A stretch of 64,000 bases of DNA from Geopsychrobacteraceae bacterium. Lineage in GTDB: Bacteria > Desulfobacterota > Desulfuromonadia > Desulfuromonadales > Geopsychrobacteraceae. Position numbers and translations under genes: made by a program. Where the stretch lies: NCBI GenBank assembly GCA_963662315.1, contig OY759353.1, positions 1,664,001-1,728,000 of the forward strand, in the 5' to 3' direction. Under the pieces are notes generated by a model that ran no database searches, was not told the DNA's origin, and saw only the letters and a program-made list of their open reading frames with translations. The number at the start of each line of letters is the position of its first letter. Position 1 is the stretch's first letter. Of the stretch, positions 9,622 through 18,952 are shown piece by piece.

Positions 9622-10491
9622 TTAACGAATATAATCTTTGGCGCAGTCGATCAGAAAACGAGCGATACTACGTTTGGGAGGTATCGTTGGTAATTGATCA
9701 ATTTTAAACCACCGCGCATCAGCCAGCTCATGATCGTTGAGGTTGACATCGCCACTGACATAATCGGCGACAAAACCGCACATCAACTGACAAGGGAACG
9801 GCCAGGACTGGCTCCCGACATAGCGAATATTGTTGATGCGAATATTGGTCTCCTCATAAACCTCTCTGGACATAGCCTCTTCCAGGCATTCGCCAAATTC
9901 GACAAAGCCGGCGACTAAACCGTAACGACCATCAGTCCATTCAGCCTTATGCGTCAACAACACTTCATCCCCTTTGATGACCAATCCGATCACGCAGGGG
10001 TGGATACGTGGATAATGCAGAGTCCCACAACGACTGCACTTCTTGCCGTACTCACCGGGCAGACGTAACATTGGAGCACCACAATTACCACAGAAAAGGC
10101 TTTCGCCTTCCCAATGCAGAACAGCTCTGCCGATGCCCGCCAGAGACAGCAGAGACAATGGCAGCGGTTGATCAGGGGAACGCATATGACAGGACACCAG
10201 GGCGGGCACTTGTGCATCAGCGCCAACAGCCAGCAGACGGCATGGCTGCCCCTGCCATTGCCCGATGTATAAGGGCTCAGTCGCTAACGGGACAGGACAT
10301 GGGCCAAACGGCATCGTCAGTCCGCTGGCGCCGTTACTGGCCAGCACAGACATTCCCTGCATCAGCAGCCAGAAACCATCACCACCCGGATCCTGATCCG
10401 GAACAGAGAAGCTGAAATCCTGATCAAGGTGACCACGATTAAACGGAAGTTCAATGGTAGCGGCAATAAATTCAGAAGTGTTCATTTTCAT
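9622..10491 (-). CDS. nudC: NAD(H) diphosphatase NudC
   Basis: Zn ribbon CGNCG...CSRC, YPRIHP, Nudix box GFVEFGECLEEAMSREVYEET and SQSWPFP motif. Confidence 0.93.
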   Translation of the reverse strand: MKMNTSEFIAATIELPFNRGHLDQDFSFSVPDQDPGGDGFWLLMQGMSVLASNGASGLTMPFGPCPVPLATEPLYIGQWQGQPCRLLAVGADAQVPALVSCHMRSPDQPLPLSLLSLAGIGRAVLHWEGESLFCGNCGAPMLRLPGEYGKKCSRCGTLHYPRIHPCVIGLVIKGDEVLLTHKAEWTDGRYGLVAGFVEFGECLEEAMSREVYEETNIRINNIRYVGSQSWPFPCQLMCGFVADYVSGDVNLNDHELADARWFKIDQLPTIPPKRSIARFLIDCAKDYIR

Positions 10492-11021
10492 ATCGTTTCA
10501 TTGTTCTGGGACAGAGCATAACGGAGCAAAGCAATTTGTGTCTTGGCATCACAAATAGTGCCGGTGGCTACCATATCGAGGGCTTCATCAAGGGTCAGAC
10601 TGATCGGCTCGATAAATTCGTCCGGCTCCAGGGCCAGCTCAGCAAGTTCAAGATCTCGAGCGACAAAGAGGTAAATTTTTTCATTACAAAAACCGATACT
10701 GCTGTAGACAAATCCCAGGGAATCGAGCTGTCGCGGCCGATAGCCGACTTCTTCAATCAATTCCCGTTCAATGCACCCGGCCGGATCTTCACCAAGTTCA
10801 ACCCGCCCAGCGGGAATTTCAAAAATATAGTCCTGCGCAGCTGGTCGAAACTGACGGATCAGCAAGACATTGTCATTATCTAGAACCGGAAGGGCTGCTG
10901 CGCCGCCAGGGTGCTGAATAATCTCAAAGGTCCTTTCACGGTTATCGGGCATGAGATGCTTTTCTTTAGCCAGATCCAGTATGCGACCGTTATATATAAT
11001 TTCTTCATTAAGTTTACTCAT
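10488..11021 (-). CDS. Nudix hydrolase (ADP-ribose pyrophosphatase-like)
   Basis: HPGGAAALP, RQFRP, EIPAGRVE...ERELIEEVG and DAKT; start taken at MSKLNEE. Confidence 0.88.
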   Translation of the reverse strand: MSKLNEEIIYNGRILDLAKEKHLMPDNRERTFEIIQHPGGAAALPVLDNDNVLLIRQFRPAAQDYIFEIPAGRVELGEDPAGCIERELIEEVGYRPRQLDSLGFVYSSIGFCNEKIYLFVARDLELAELALEPDEFIEPISLTLDEALDMVATGTICDAKTQIALLRYALSQNNETI

Positions 11022-11109
11022 ATTATGACCCCCGGTATCAGATAAGCCCGCAATTCCCATCCAGGTTAACCCACGGCCAGGCAAGGTTACCAGCATAGCT
11101 ATAGTACAA

Positions 11110-11856
11110 TTAGTAAGAGCGCGAAAGATGAGAGGTTAAAAATTCCTGTAAGCGACGATGGTCGCCACGATTAGGACAGTCCCACTCTGGAGGTCCATGG
11201 TCAACCAGCCAGGTATCGACCAGAAACGCCTGCATACCGACAGAAACTGCAGCCAGATCATGATTCAAATCATTACCGACCATTAGACACTGTTGCGGCT
11301 GGAGACCGAGGTCACGGGCGATATCGACAAAATAACCCGGTTGTGGCTTACAGTGATAACTGTTCTCGTAAGCTGTAATCAGGTGAAACAGGTTTTCATC
11401 AAGGCCTCCCCAGCGCAACCGCGCTTTGATCATAAAATCGGGAAAGACCGGATTGGTCGCAAGGACCAGAGGAATCCCTTTGCGATAACACTCAATGACA
11501 ATCTGCTGAGCCAGAGGTATTGGTCTGATGAAATGCTGTAAAGCATCCAGACCATTGTCCTGAAAGTGATCGAAGCTATCCTTAAGCACCTGAGCTGAAA
11601 TATTCAGATCATCTGTCATCAACTGAAAAAGACGTTGTTCATTGGTCAGGATCCCGTCACCAGGTTGATGAATCAGTTCGCGAATTGCCCGCAGCTTGGC
11701 CTTGACAAACTTGTTTGGCTTGACATAAGCGGAGCAGCAATCAGCCAAACTATCGACATAGCGGGGGATAAACTCAGACATACGCGCTCTGAGCAAGGTT
11801 CCATCCATATCAAACAGAACAGCTGAAATCACCGGGTTACGGGAGGGTAATGACAT
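11110..11856 (-). CDS. HAD-superfamily hydrolase
   Basis: FDMDGTL, LATNP, KPQPGYF and CLMVGND motifs. Confidence 0.88.
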   Translation of the reverse strand: MSLPSRNPVISAVLFDMDGTLLRARMSEFIPRYVDSLADCCSAYVKPNKFVKAKLRAIRELIHQPGDGILTNEQRLFQLMTDDLNISAQVLKDSFDHFQDNGLDALQHFIRPIPLAQQIVIECYRKGIPLVLATNPVFPDFMIKARLRWGGLDENLFHLITAYENSYHCKPQPGYFVDIARDLGLQPQQCLMVGNDLNHDLAAVSVGMQAFLVDTWLVDHGPPEWDCPNRGDHRRLQEFLTSHLSRSY

Positions 11857-12032
11857 GACAACTCCAGAAAGGTCCTACTCTGCATCAAAAGATCTGTTCA
11901 TGGTTCTATCACAGCAGGCGGCTTTGTACCAGCACCGGATGACAGATGGGTGCGAAAACCTTGACTTTCATGGAAAATGAACGTTAAAAAGTCTCAGATA
12001 ACCTATATTTTTACCAGAAGGAAAAAAGCCGT

Positions 12033-12626
12033 ATGGATGTTTATAGAGCGGAAGTCAAAGAATTACAGATAGGTCTGAAGATCAGAGAGCTCAGACAGAA
12101 AAGCCGCCTTACCCTGCAAGATCTGTCTGAAATGACTGAGCTGTCCAAGCCTCTTTTATCGCAAATTGAAAACGATCAGGTCATTCCACCTCTGGCCACT
12201 CTGCTCCGCATCGCCAAGGCTCTGAAAGTACCGTTGCAAACCTTCTTTGAAGAAGAAGACAACACCCAAAAATGCCTGATTGTAAGAGCCGGAGAAGCAA
12301 ACCGTATGAAACGTCGCCCCAGTCATGGCGGCGAGCCGCAACCCTACTTCTACCATGCTCTGGCTTACGGTAAGAAACATAAACATATGGAACCATTTCT
12401 GGTGGAATTCGACCCAGCCCGTACCGAACAGTCACAACCAGTCCGCCACCCTGGGGAAGAATTTACTTATATCCTTGAAGGGACTGTCGAACTGAAGCAT
12501 GGTGGCGACACCTATGTTCTCGAACCCGGTGATTCAGTCTACTGGGATTCCAACGAACCCCATAGCCTGCGGGCACTGGGGGACAAAGTGGCCCATGCCA
12601 TTGCCGTTCTTTACACTAAAAACTGA
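12033..12626 (+). CDS. XRE-family HTH regulator with C-terminal cupin domain
   Basis: LTLQDLSEMTELSKPLLSQIEND HTH; cupin HPGEEFTYILEG...LEPGDS...PH. Confidence 0.9.
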   Translation: MDVYRAEVKELQIGLKIRELRQKSRLTLQDLSEMTELSKPLLSQIENDQVIPPLATLLRIAKALKVPLQTFFEEEDNTQKCLIVRAGEANRMKRRPSHGGEPQPYFYHALAYGKKHKHMEPFLVEFDPARTEQSQPVRHPGEEFTYILEGTVELKHGGDTYVLEPGDSVYWDSNEPHSLRALGDKVAHAIAVLYTKN

Positions 12627-12903
12627 TAATTCTTGGACCTTTAGCAACGCCTGATTTCTTAATAAGGAGACCAATAGCATGCAAGCACCAGAAACATCGC
12701 TATTGATGTCTGCCCACTCAAAAACACCGCATGGGGCTTTTGCTGTCAATCGAAATTGCGTGTTACATGGGACTCGTTGTTAATTTTTTTTAAATATTCC
12801 ACAGCGCCGCTACTATTTTAGTAAAATAGTAATGATCAGCTAGATACTTAACTTCGCGACATGAACCATCGCGCGAGGAAACCAAGACCTAAGGAGGGCT
12901 CAA

Positions 12904-13563
12904 ATGGCTAAAGTTGGGGTTTTATTATCAGGTTGTGGCGTTTATGATGGCAGCGAAATTCATGAAGCAGTCATCTCTCTTCTGGCTCTTGACAGAGCCG
13001 GTGCAGAAATCGTCATGATGGCTCCAAATGTTGAATTGAACGTTGTTAACCATATAACAGGCGAAAGCCTTGAAGGGGTGACGCGTAACGTCCTGGAAGA
13101 GTCAGCCCGGATTGCCCGCGGCAAAATCAGCGATATAAAAAATATCAGTGCCACAGACATTGACGCCCTCTTGATTCCCGGTGGCTTCGGAGCCGCAAAA
13201 AACCTTTGTAACTTTGCAGTCAAGGGACCAGAGTGTGATGTTAATCCACAAGTGGCTCGCCTGATTAAAGAGGTGGTTGCAGCAAAAAAACCGCTGGCGG
13301 CGGTATGTATTGCCCCCGCTCTGGTAGCCAGGGTATTGGGTGAAGACCAGCTCAGTCACCAGCTCACCATTGGTCATGACGAAGGAACTGCCGCAGCCAT
13401 AACCCAAATGGGTGCCAACCATGTCAACTGCCCGGTTGACGAGTGTGTCATCGATACCAAGAATAAAATTATCACCAGTCCCGCATATATGTTGGCCGGT
13501 CGCATCAGTGAAGCTGCCGCTGGCATTGAAAAAACCGTCAAAGCCCTGATGGATATGTTATAA
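12904..13563 (+). CDS. elbB: ElbB/ES1 (DJ-1/PfpI superfamily) glyoxalase
   Basis: LSGCGVYDGSEIHE, ESARIARG, PGGFGAAKNL, CIAP and TSPAYM motifs; AAGGAGG RBS. Confidence 0.93.
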   Translation: MAKVGVLLSGCGVYDGSEIHEAVISLLALDRAGAEIVMMAPNVELNVVNHITGESLEGVTRNVLEESARIARGKISDIKNISATDIDALLIPGGFGAAKNLCNFAVKGPECDVNPQVARLIKEVVAAKKPLAAVCIAPALVARVLGEDQLSHQLTIGHDEGTAAAITQMGANHVNCPVDECVIDTKNKIITSPAYMLAGRISEAAAGIEKTVKALMDML

Positions 13564-13660
13564 ATACGATAAATCATTTTTATTTATTACCAGTATTGTA
13601 ATAATTATTTCCATCTGGTAATGTTCACACATCTTAACTTTGTTTACTCAGGAGGCTGCC

Positions 13661-13819
13661 ATGCAAAAGTACCGCTGTATCGTTTGTGACTATATTTATG
13701 ACCCGGAAGTTGGTGACCCAGATAGCGGAATTGCGCCAGGAACCGCATTTGAAGATATCCCGGAAGATTGGGTCTGCCCACTGTGCGGCGTAGACAAAAC
13801 TAACTTCGAACCTGCTTAA
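13661..13819 (+). CDS. Rubredoxin, 52 aa (absent from the ORF track)
   Basis: GGAGG RBS; translates as [52 protein letters not shown] with two CxxC motifs. Confidence 0.97.
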   Translation: MQKYRCIVCDYIYDPEVGDPDSGIAPGTAFEDIPEDWVCPLCGVDKTNFEPA

Positions 13820-13842
13820 AGCTAGCAACTTGATGCTGTGTC

Positions 13843-13886
13843 CACGGGGCCTGATTGCTTAGTTTCAATCAGGCCCCGTGCTTTTC
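13843..13886 (+). terminator. Intrinsic terminator after rubredoxin
   Basis: 15-bp stem CACGGGGCCTGATTG...CAATCAGGCCCCGTG followed by CTTTTC. Confidence 0.7.
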
Positions 13887-13945
13887 ACTATAATATTGGA
13901 TATTTATCTGACGATCTAAACGATCTCTGGCAATGGAGCCTTGTC

Positions 13946-14851
13946 ATGAGTGAAGCACCGCAAAGGAAACCGGACTGGTTAAAAGTCAAACTTCCGTCCG
14001 GCCCGAATTACAGCCGGATTCATCGTTATCATCGTCAGCATGGTCTCAATTCCGTCTGTCGCAGCGCTGCCTGCCCCAATCAGGGGGAATGTTGGAGCAA
14101 AGGGACGGCGACCTTTATGATTCTGGGTGACACCTGCAGTCGCCATTGCCTGTTTTGCAATGTCGGCAGTGGTCACCTGGATGTCCCCGACCCGGAGGAA
14201 CCAGCAAAAGTTGCCCGGGCGATTGCCGAACTCGGTCTCAGGCATGCAGTTATCACCTCCGTCACCAGAGATGACCTTGATGATGGTGGAGCTCAACAGT
14301 TTGCCGAACTTATACATCAAATCCGTAACTTCGCTCCCGACTGTAAAATTGAACTGCTTATTCCCGATCTTCTTGGCAACTGGCAGGCATTGGCCGTCAT
14401 TATTGCCGCCCAGCCAGATGTTCTCGGCCACAATATAGAAACCGTACCCCGCCTTTACCCCCAAGTGCGTCCAGAAGCTCAATACCAACGCTCTTTAAAT
14501 CTTCTCGCTGAAGCGCACCGGCTCAACTCCGATCTAATTACCAAATCAGGATTAATGCTCGGCATGGGAGAAGAGAAAGAAGAAGTTATTGCGGTACTCA
14601 AGGATCTGCGTGCCCATCATTGTCAGTTGGTTACCGTCGGACAATATTTGGCTCCAACCAAACAACATTTTCCGGTGAGCCGCTTTGTATCACCACAGGA
14701 ATTTGACCACTATGCATGCCTGGGGCAAGAGCTTGGCTTTGCCCATATTGAGGCGGGGCCGTTGGTCAGATCATCCTATCATGCCGAAGAGCAGTATCGT
14801 GCAAGTACTCACGTAACCATTCAAGGACAGAACGATCATGATCTGGAATAA
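13946..14851 (+). CDS. lipA: Lipoyl synthase (radical SAM)
   Basis: RKPDWLK, CxxxxCPNxGEC, CxxxCxFC, HNIETV and PLVRSSYHA; GGAG RBS before ATG 13946. Confidence 0.95.
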   Translation: MSEAPQRKPDWLKVKLPSGPNYSRIHRYHRQHGLNSVCRSAACPNQGECWSKGTATFMILGDTCSRHCLFCNVGSGHLDVPDPEEPAKVARAIAELGLRHAVITSVTRDDLDDGGAQQFAELIHQIRNFAPDCKIELLIPDLLGNWQALAVIIAAQPDVLGHNIETVPRLYPQVRPEAQYQRSLNLLAEAHRLNSDLITKSGLMLGMGEEKEEVIAVLKDLRAHHCQLVTVGQYLAPTKQHFPVSRFVSPQEFDHYACLGQELGFAHIEAGPLVRSSYHAEEQYRASTHVTIQGQNDHDLE

Positions 14852-14993
14852 ATGGTATCGGCATAAGATGCGTAGAACACCAGTTATAGCACCGGTAGAA
14901 TTTTACCGTGATATTGCGACAATGAGGCGCCTGGTTTATAGTTTTTCATTGGTGCAATTTAAATTTCACATTATTCAAGAGTGAGAGTAGAGC

Positions 14994-17672
14994 ATGAGTA
15001 TTATCGACAACATCAGTCCCCAGTGGATAGAAGCTCAATACCAACAATACAAGCAGGATCCGAACCAGGTTCCGGCCGAGTGGCAGGCATTTTTCCAGGG
15101 CTTTGAAATTGCACTTGAAACCCCGGGATCGGCAGGAAGCGATCCTAAGCCGGCGGCTGTCCAGTCTTTGATCAGTCGTTATCGCGACATAGGCCACCTG
15201 TATGCCTGCGTTGACCCTCTGACACCCTGCCAATTGGAACATCCACTCTTGGAAGCTTCCCAATTCGGACTGAATGAAGATGATCTGAACCGCACGTTTG
15301 CCACTGATGATTTTATTCTGCCGGAAGCGCCGCTCAAAGATATCATCGATATTCTTAGGCAGACCTACTGCAGCTCAATCGGCATGGAATTTATGCATAT
15401 TCCGATTATTGAGGAACGTAAATGGCTGCAACAGAAAGCAGAAGAAGCCCGCAGTCATGCATCCTTAAGTAAAGAGAAAAAACTCAATACGTTGCGAATG
15501 TTATTGAAGGCCAGCAAATTTGAATCATTCCTGCACCGTAAATTTGTCGGTCAAAAACGATTTTCTCTCGAAGGCTCGGAAGCGGTTATCCCCCTGCTGG
15601 ATCACATTATCGAGACATCGGCTCAACTTAACATGAAAGATGTGGTCATCGGCATGGCCCACCGTGGGCGCTTGAATGTGTTGGCCAACATTTTTGAAAA
15701 ACCCCTGGAAAACATGTTTGCCGAGTTTGCCGACAATGAACGCTACAAAATCATCGGTGAAGGGGACGTTAAATACCACAAGGGCTATTCTGCCGACCGC
15801 ACCTTCCCATGCGGCAAGATCCATATTTCTCTCGCCTCGAATCCCAGCCACCTGGAAGCGGTCAACCCGGTCGTTGAAGGCAAGGCGCGCGCACGCCAGG
15901 ATCGCATGGACAACGGTGAGTACAATGTCATGCCGTTGCTAATCCATGGCGATGCAGCCTTTATCGGCCAGGGGGTCGTTGCGGAAACGCTCAATCTTTC
16001 GCAAATCGCCGGTTATAAAACCGGGGGTACACTGCATGTTGTCATCAATAACCAGATTGGCTTTACGACTCTGCCGGTTGATGCCCGTTCCACCTGCTAT
16101 CCGACTGATCTTGGTAAAATGCTGATGTCACCGATTTTCCATGTTCATGGTGATGACCCCGAAGCCTTGATTCAGGCGGCTACCATGGCCGTAGAATTTC
16201 GTCAAAAATTTAAAAAGGATGTCTTTATCGAAGTCATCTGCTACCGCCGTCATGGTCACAACGAAGGGGATGAACCATTCTTCACTCAGCCTCTGATGTA
16301 CGAAAAAATCAAAAACCATCCGCCGACGGCAGATATTTACACCAATCAGCTGCTGATGGAAGGCTTTAACGAGCAGGAACTGAAGATCATCGCCGATGCC
16401 ATTGACCAGAATCTGGAAGAGGCTTTAAGTCGCGAAATCTGCCCATTGAATCCCGTATTCCTGAAACAGTGGTCGCATATTCAGCGTGTCTTCCGCTTTG
16501 AACCGGTTGCAACCGGAGTAAGCACTGACACTCTTGAAGCCCTGTCCACACAGCTGACAACCATCCCGGAGGGATTTAACGCTCACCGTAAAATTGCCGC
16601 GTTACTAAACAAACGCCAATCGGCGGTCACTTCCAGGGAAAGAACTATAGACTGGGGAACCGGCGAAGCCCTGGCGTTTGCCAGCCTGGTCTATGAGGGT
16701 ACATCAATCCGGCTTTCCGGTCAGGATTCACGCCGCGGCACCTTCAACCATCGCCATGCCACGATTTACGACACCAAGACGGGTCGTGAGTATACAGCTT
16801 TAAGTAAAATCGCCTCGGACCACAACTGCCGCTTTGACGTTTTCAACAGTGTTCTGTCTGAAATGGCCGTGCTTGGTTTTGACTATGGCTATTCGGTAGA
16901 AACCCCCGATGATCTGACCATCTGGGAAGCCCAATTTGGCGACTTTGCCAACGGTGCCCAGGTTATCATCGATCAGTTTATTGCCAGCAGCCTGGTGAAA
17001 TGGGACCGTCCGTCCGGTATCGCCATGTTCCTCCCCCACGGCTATGAAGGTCAGGGGCCTGAGCACTCCAGTGCGCGCATCGAACGTTACCTGCAGCTGT
17101 GTGCCGGGGACAACATGATTGTTGCCGTACCGTCCACCCCAGCCCAACTGTTTCACCTGATCCGCCGCCAGGTTCGGGCCAAGTACAGGCGTCCGCTGAT
17201 CGTCGCTACCCCCAAAGCGTTGCTGCGCCACCCCGACTGTGTTTCGAGTGTTGAAGAGTTGGCCCAGGGGCAGTTCCAGGAGATTATTCCTGATAGTGTC
17301 GTTGCTGCGCAAAACTGTCGCCGCGTGATCTTGTGCAGCGGTAAAATCTATTATGAGCTGCTCAATCAGCGTAAGGAAGGACAACATGAGGATGTTGCCA
17401 TCATTCGTTTTGAGCAGATATTCCCGCTGCATAGTGATTTGCTGAAGGACATCATTGCTCCTTATGGAGAAGGTACTGAATACCTGTGGGTTCAGGAAGA
17501 AATTGGCAACGGTGGTAGCTGGGACCACCTGCGTCCGCAACTGCGGAACATCATCGGCAAGGAACCTGTCTATGTTGGCCGCAAGCGCTCAGCAAGCCCG
17601 GCTGTCGGTTCCCACCGGATCCACAAGCAGGAGCAACAGCAGATTCTGGAACAGGCGTTTGCCCCCCTTTAA
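14994..17672 (+). CDS. sucA: 2-oxoglutarate dehydrogenase E1
   Basis: KRFSLEG, GMAHRGRLNVL, GDVKYH, NPSHLE, HGDAAF, WEAQFGDFANGAQ and GPEHSSAR motifs. Confidence 0.97.
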   Translation: MSIIDNISPQWIEAQYQQYKQDPNQVPAEWQAFFQGFEIALETPGSAGSDPKPAAVQSLISRYRDIGHLYACVDPLTPCQLEHPLLEASQFGLNEDDLNRTFATDDFILPEAPLKDIIDILRQTYCSSIGMEFMHIPIIEERKWLQQKAEEARSHASLSKEKKLNTLRMLLKASKFESFLHRKFVGQKRFSLEGSEAVIPLLDHIIETSAQLNMKDVVIGMAHRGRLNVLANIFEKPLENMFAEFADNERYKIIGEGDVKYHKGYSADRTFPCGKIHISLASNPSHLEAVNPVVEGKARARQDRMDNGEYNVMPLLIHGDAAFIGQGVVAETLNLSQIAGYKTGGTLHVVINNQIGFTTLPVDARSTCYPTDLGKMLMSPIFHVHGDDPEALIQAATMAVEFRQKFKKDVFIEVICYRRHGHNEGDEPFFTQPLMYEKIKNHPPTADIYTNQLLMEGFNEQELKIIADAIDQNLEEALSREICPLNPVFLKQWSHIQRVFRFEPVATGVSTDTLEALSTQLTTIPEGFNAHRKIAALLNKRQSAVTSRERTIDWGTGEALAFASLVYEGTSIRLSGQDSRRGTFNHRHATIYDTKTGREYTALSKIASDHNCRFDVFNSVLSEMAVLGFDYGYSVETPDDLTIWEAQFGDFANGAQVIIDQFIASSLVKWDRPSGIAMFLPHGYEGQGPEHSSARIERYLQLCAGDNMIVAVPSTPAQLFHLIRRQVRAKYRRPLIVATPKALLRHPDCVSSVEELAQGQFQEIIPDSVVAAQNCRRVILCSGKIYYELLNQRKEGQHEDVAIIRFEQIFPLHSDLLKDIIAPYGEGTEYLWVQEEIGNGGSWDHLRPQLRNIIGKEPVYVGRKRSASPAVGSHRIHKQEQQQILEQAFAPL

Positions 17673-17701
17673 TTATCATTTTTTAAATACAGAGGATCGA
17701 T

Positions 17702-18901
17702 ATGGATATCATTGTCCCCCAGGTTGGAGAATCAATCGTTGAAGCGGAAGTTGGTGAATGGTTCAAAAAGAATGGCGAATATGTCGAAAAGGACGATATT
17801 CTCATGGAGCTGGAAACCGAAAAAGTTAATGTGGAATTAACAGCCGAAGCTTCCGGCGTACTGACGATTCTTGTTGCAGACGGAGAAACGGTAGCCATCG
17901 GTGCTGTCATTGGCAGTATCGATGAAAGGGCAGAGAAACCTGCGGCAGGGACCGCAACTGCAGCACCTGAAGAAGATAAGACCGAAGCGCCAAAAACTCC
18001 AGTCTCTATGAATCCAGCTGTTCCAAAGATCGCAGCAGAGCGTGGCATTGATCCGGCGACACTGAAAGGAAGCGGCCGTGACGGGCGTATTCTAGTTGAT
18101 GACATTCCGCCCCAAAAAGAAACCAAGCCAGCTGCGGCTCCCGTCGCAACAGAAGTTTCCAAAGCGGCAGTGCCACCAGTGCTCAGCACTGCTGACGCTG
18201 AAAAGCGTATTACCCGTACGCCGATGACTCAGCTGCGCAAAAAAGTCGCCGAGCACCTGATGAAAGCCAAGCAGGAAACGGCCATGCTGACCACCTTCAA
18301 CGAGGTCGACATGAGCAAGGTCATGGCCCTGCGGAAAAAGTACAAAGATGCGTTTTTAAAAAAATATGACAGCAATCTTGGCTTCATGTCCTTCTTTGTC
18401 AAAGCCGTCACCGAAGCGCTGAAAGAATACCCTGACGTCAATGGCAGTATTGATGGCAACGATATTGTTCACCACAATTACTATGACATCGGGATTGCGG
18501 TCGGCAGCAAACGCGGACTGGTTGTTCCGGTTATCCGCGATACCGATAAACTCGACTTTCATGAAATTGAATTAACGATTAAATCACTGGCAGAACGCGC
18601 CAACGCTGGCAAGCTGACTCTGGATGAACTGCAGGGAGGAACCTTTACGATCACCAATGGTGGGGTCTATGGTTCCGTTTTATCAACCCCGCTGCTTAAT
18701 CCACCCCAAAGCGGTATTCTCGGCATGCACGGCATTATGGATAGAGCCGTCGTCCGCGATGGAGAAATCGTGATCCGGCCAATCATGAATCTGGCCTTAA
18801 GTTACGACCACCGCATTATCGACGGTCAGCAGTCCGTCGGTTTCCTGAAACAGGTGAAGAGTTATATTGAAGATCCCGAGAGCCTGTTGCTAAAGATCTA
18901 A
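17702..18901 (+). CDS. sucB: Dihydrolipoyllysine succinyltransferase (E2)
   Basis: Lipoyl domain ELETEKV, E3-binding GSGRDGRI, AMLTTFNEVDM and LSYDHRIIDG. Confidence 0.97.
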   Translation: MDIIVPQVGESIVEAEVGEWFKKNGEYVEKDDILMELETEKVNVELTAEASGVLTILVADGETVAIGAVIGSIDERAEKPAAGTATAAPEEDKTEAPKTPVSMNPAVPKIAAERGIDPATLKGSGRDGRILVDDIPPQKETKPAAAPVATEVSKAAVPPVLSTADAEKRITRTPMTQLRKKVAEHLMKAKQETAMLTTFNEVDMSKVMALRKKYKDAFLKKYDSNLGFMSFFVKAVTEALKEYPDVNGSIDGNDIVHHNYYDIGIAVGSKRGLVVPVIRDTDKLDFHEIELTIKSLAERANAGKLTLDELQGGTFTITNGGVYGSVLSTPLLNPPQSGILGMHGIMDRAVVRDGEIVIRPIMNLALSYDHRIIDGQQSVGFLKQVKSYIEDPESLLLKI

Positions 18902-18952
18902 ACGAAGAAATGATTCAGACTGCTTCAAGCAGGCTGTCATAAAGGAGTTGAC

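Noticed and set aside
16800..18189. Long antisense ORFs (for example 16800-17540, 17683-18189, and also 51967-52677 and 57787-58407)
   Set aside because: They are reverse-strand shadows of well-supported genes.
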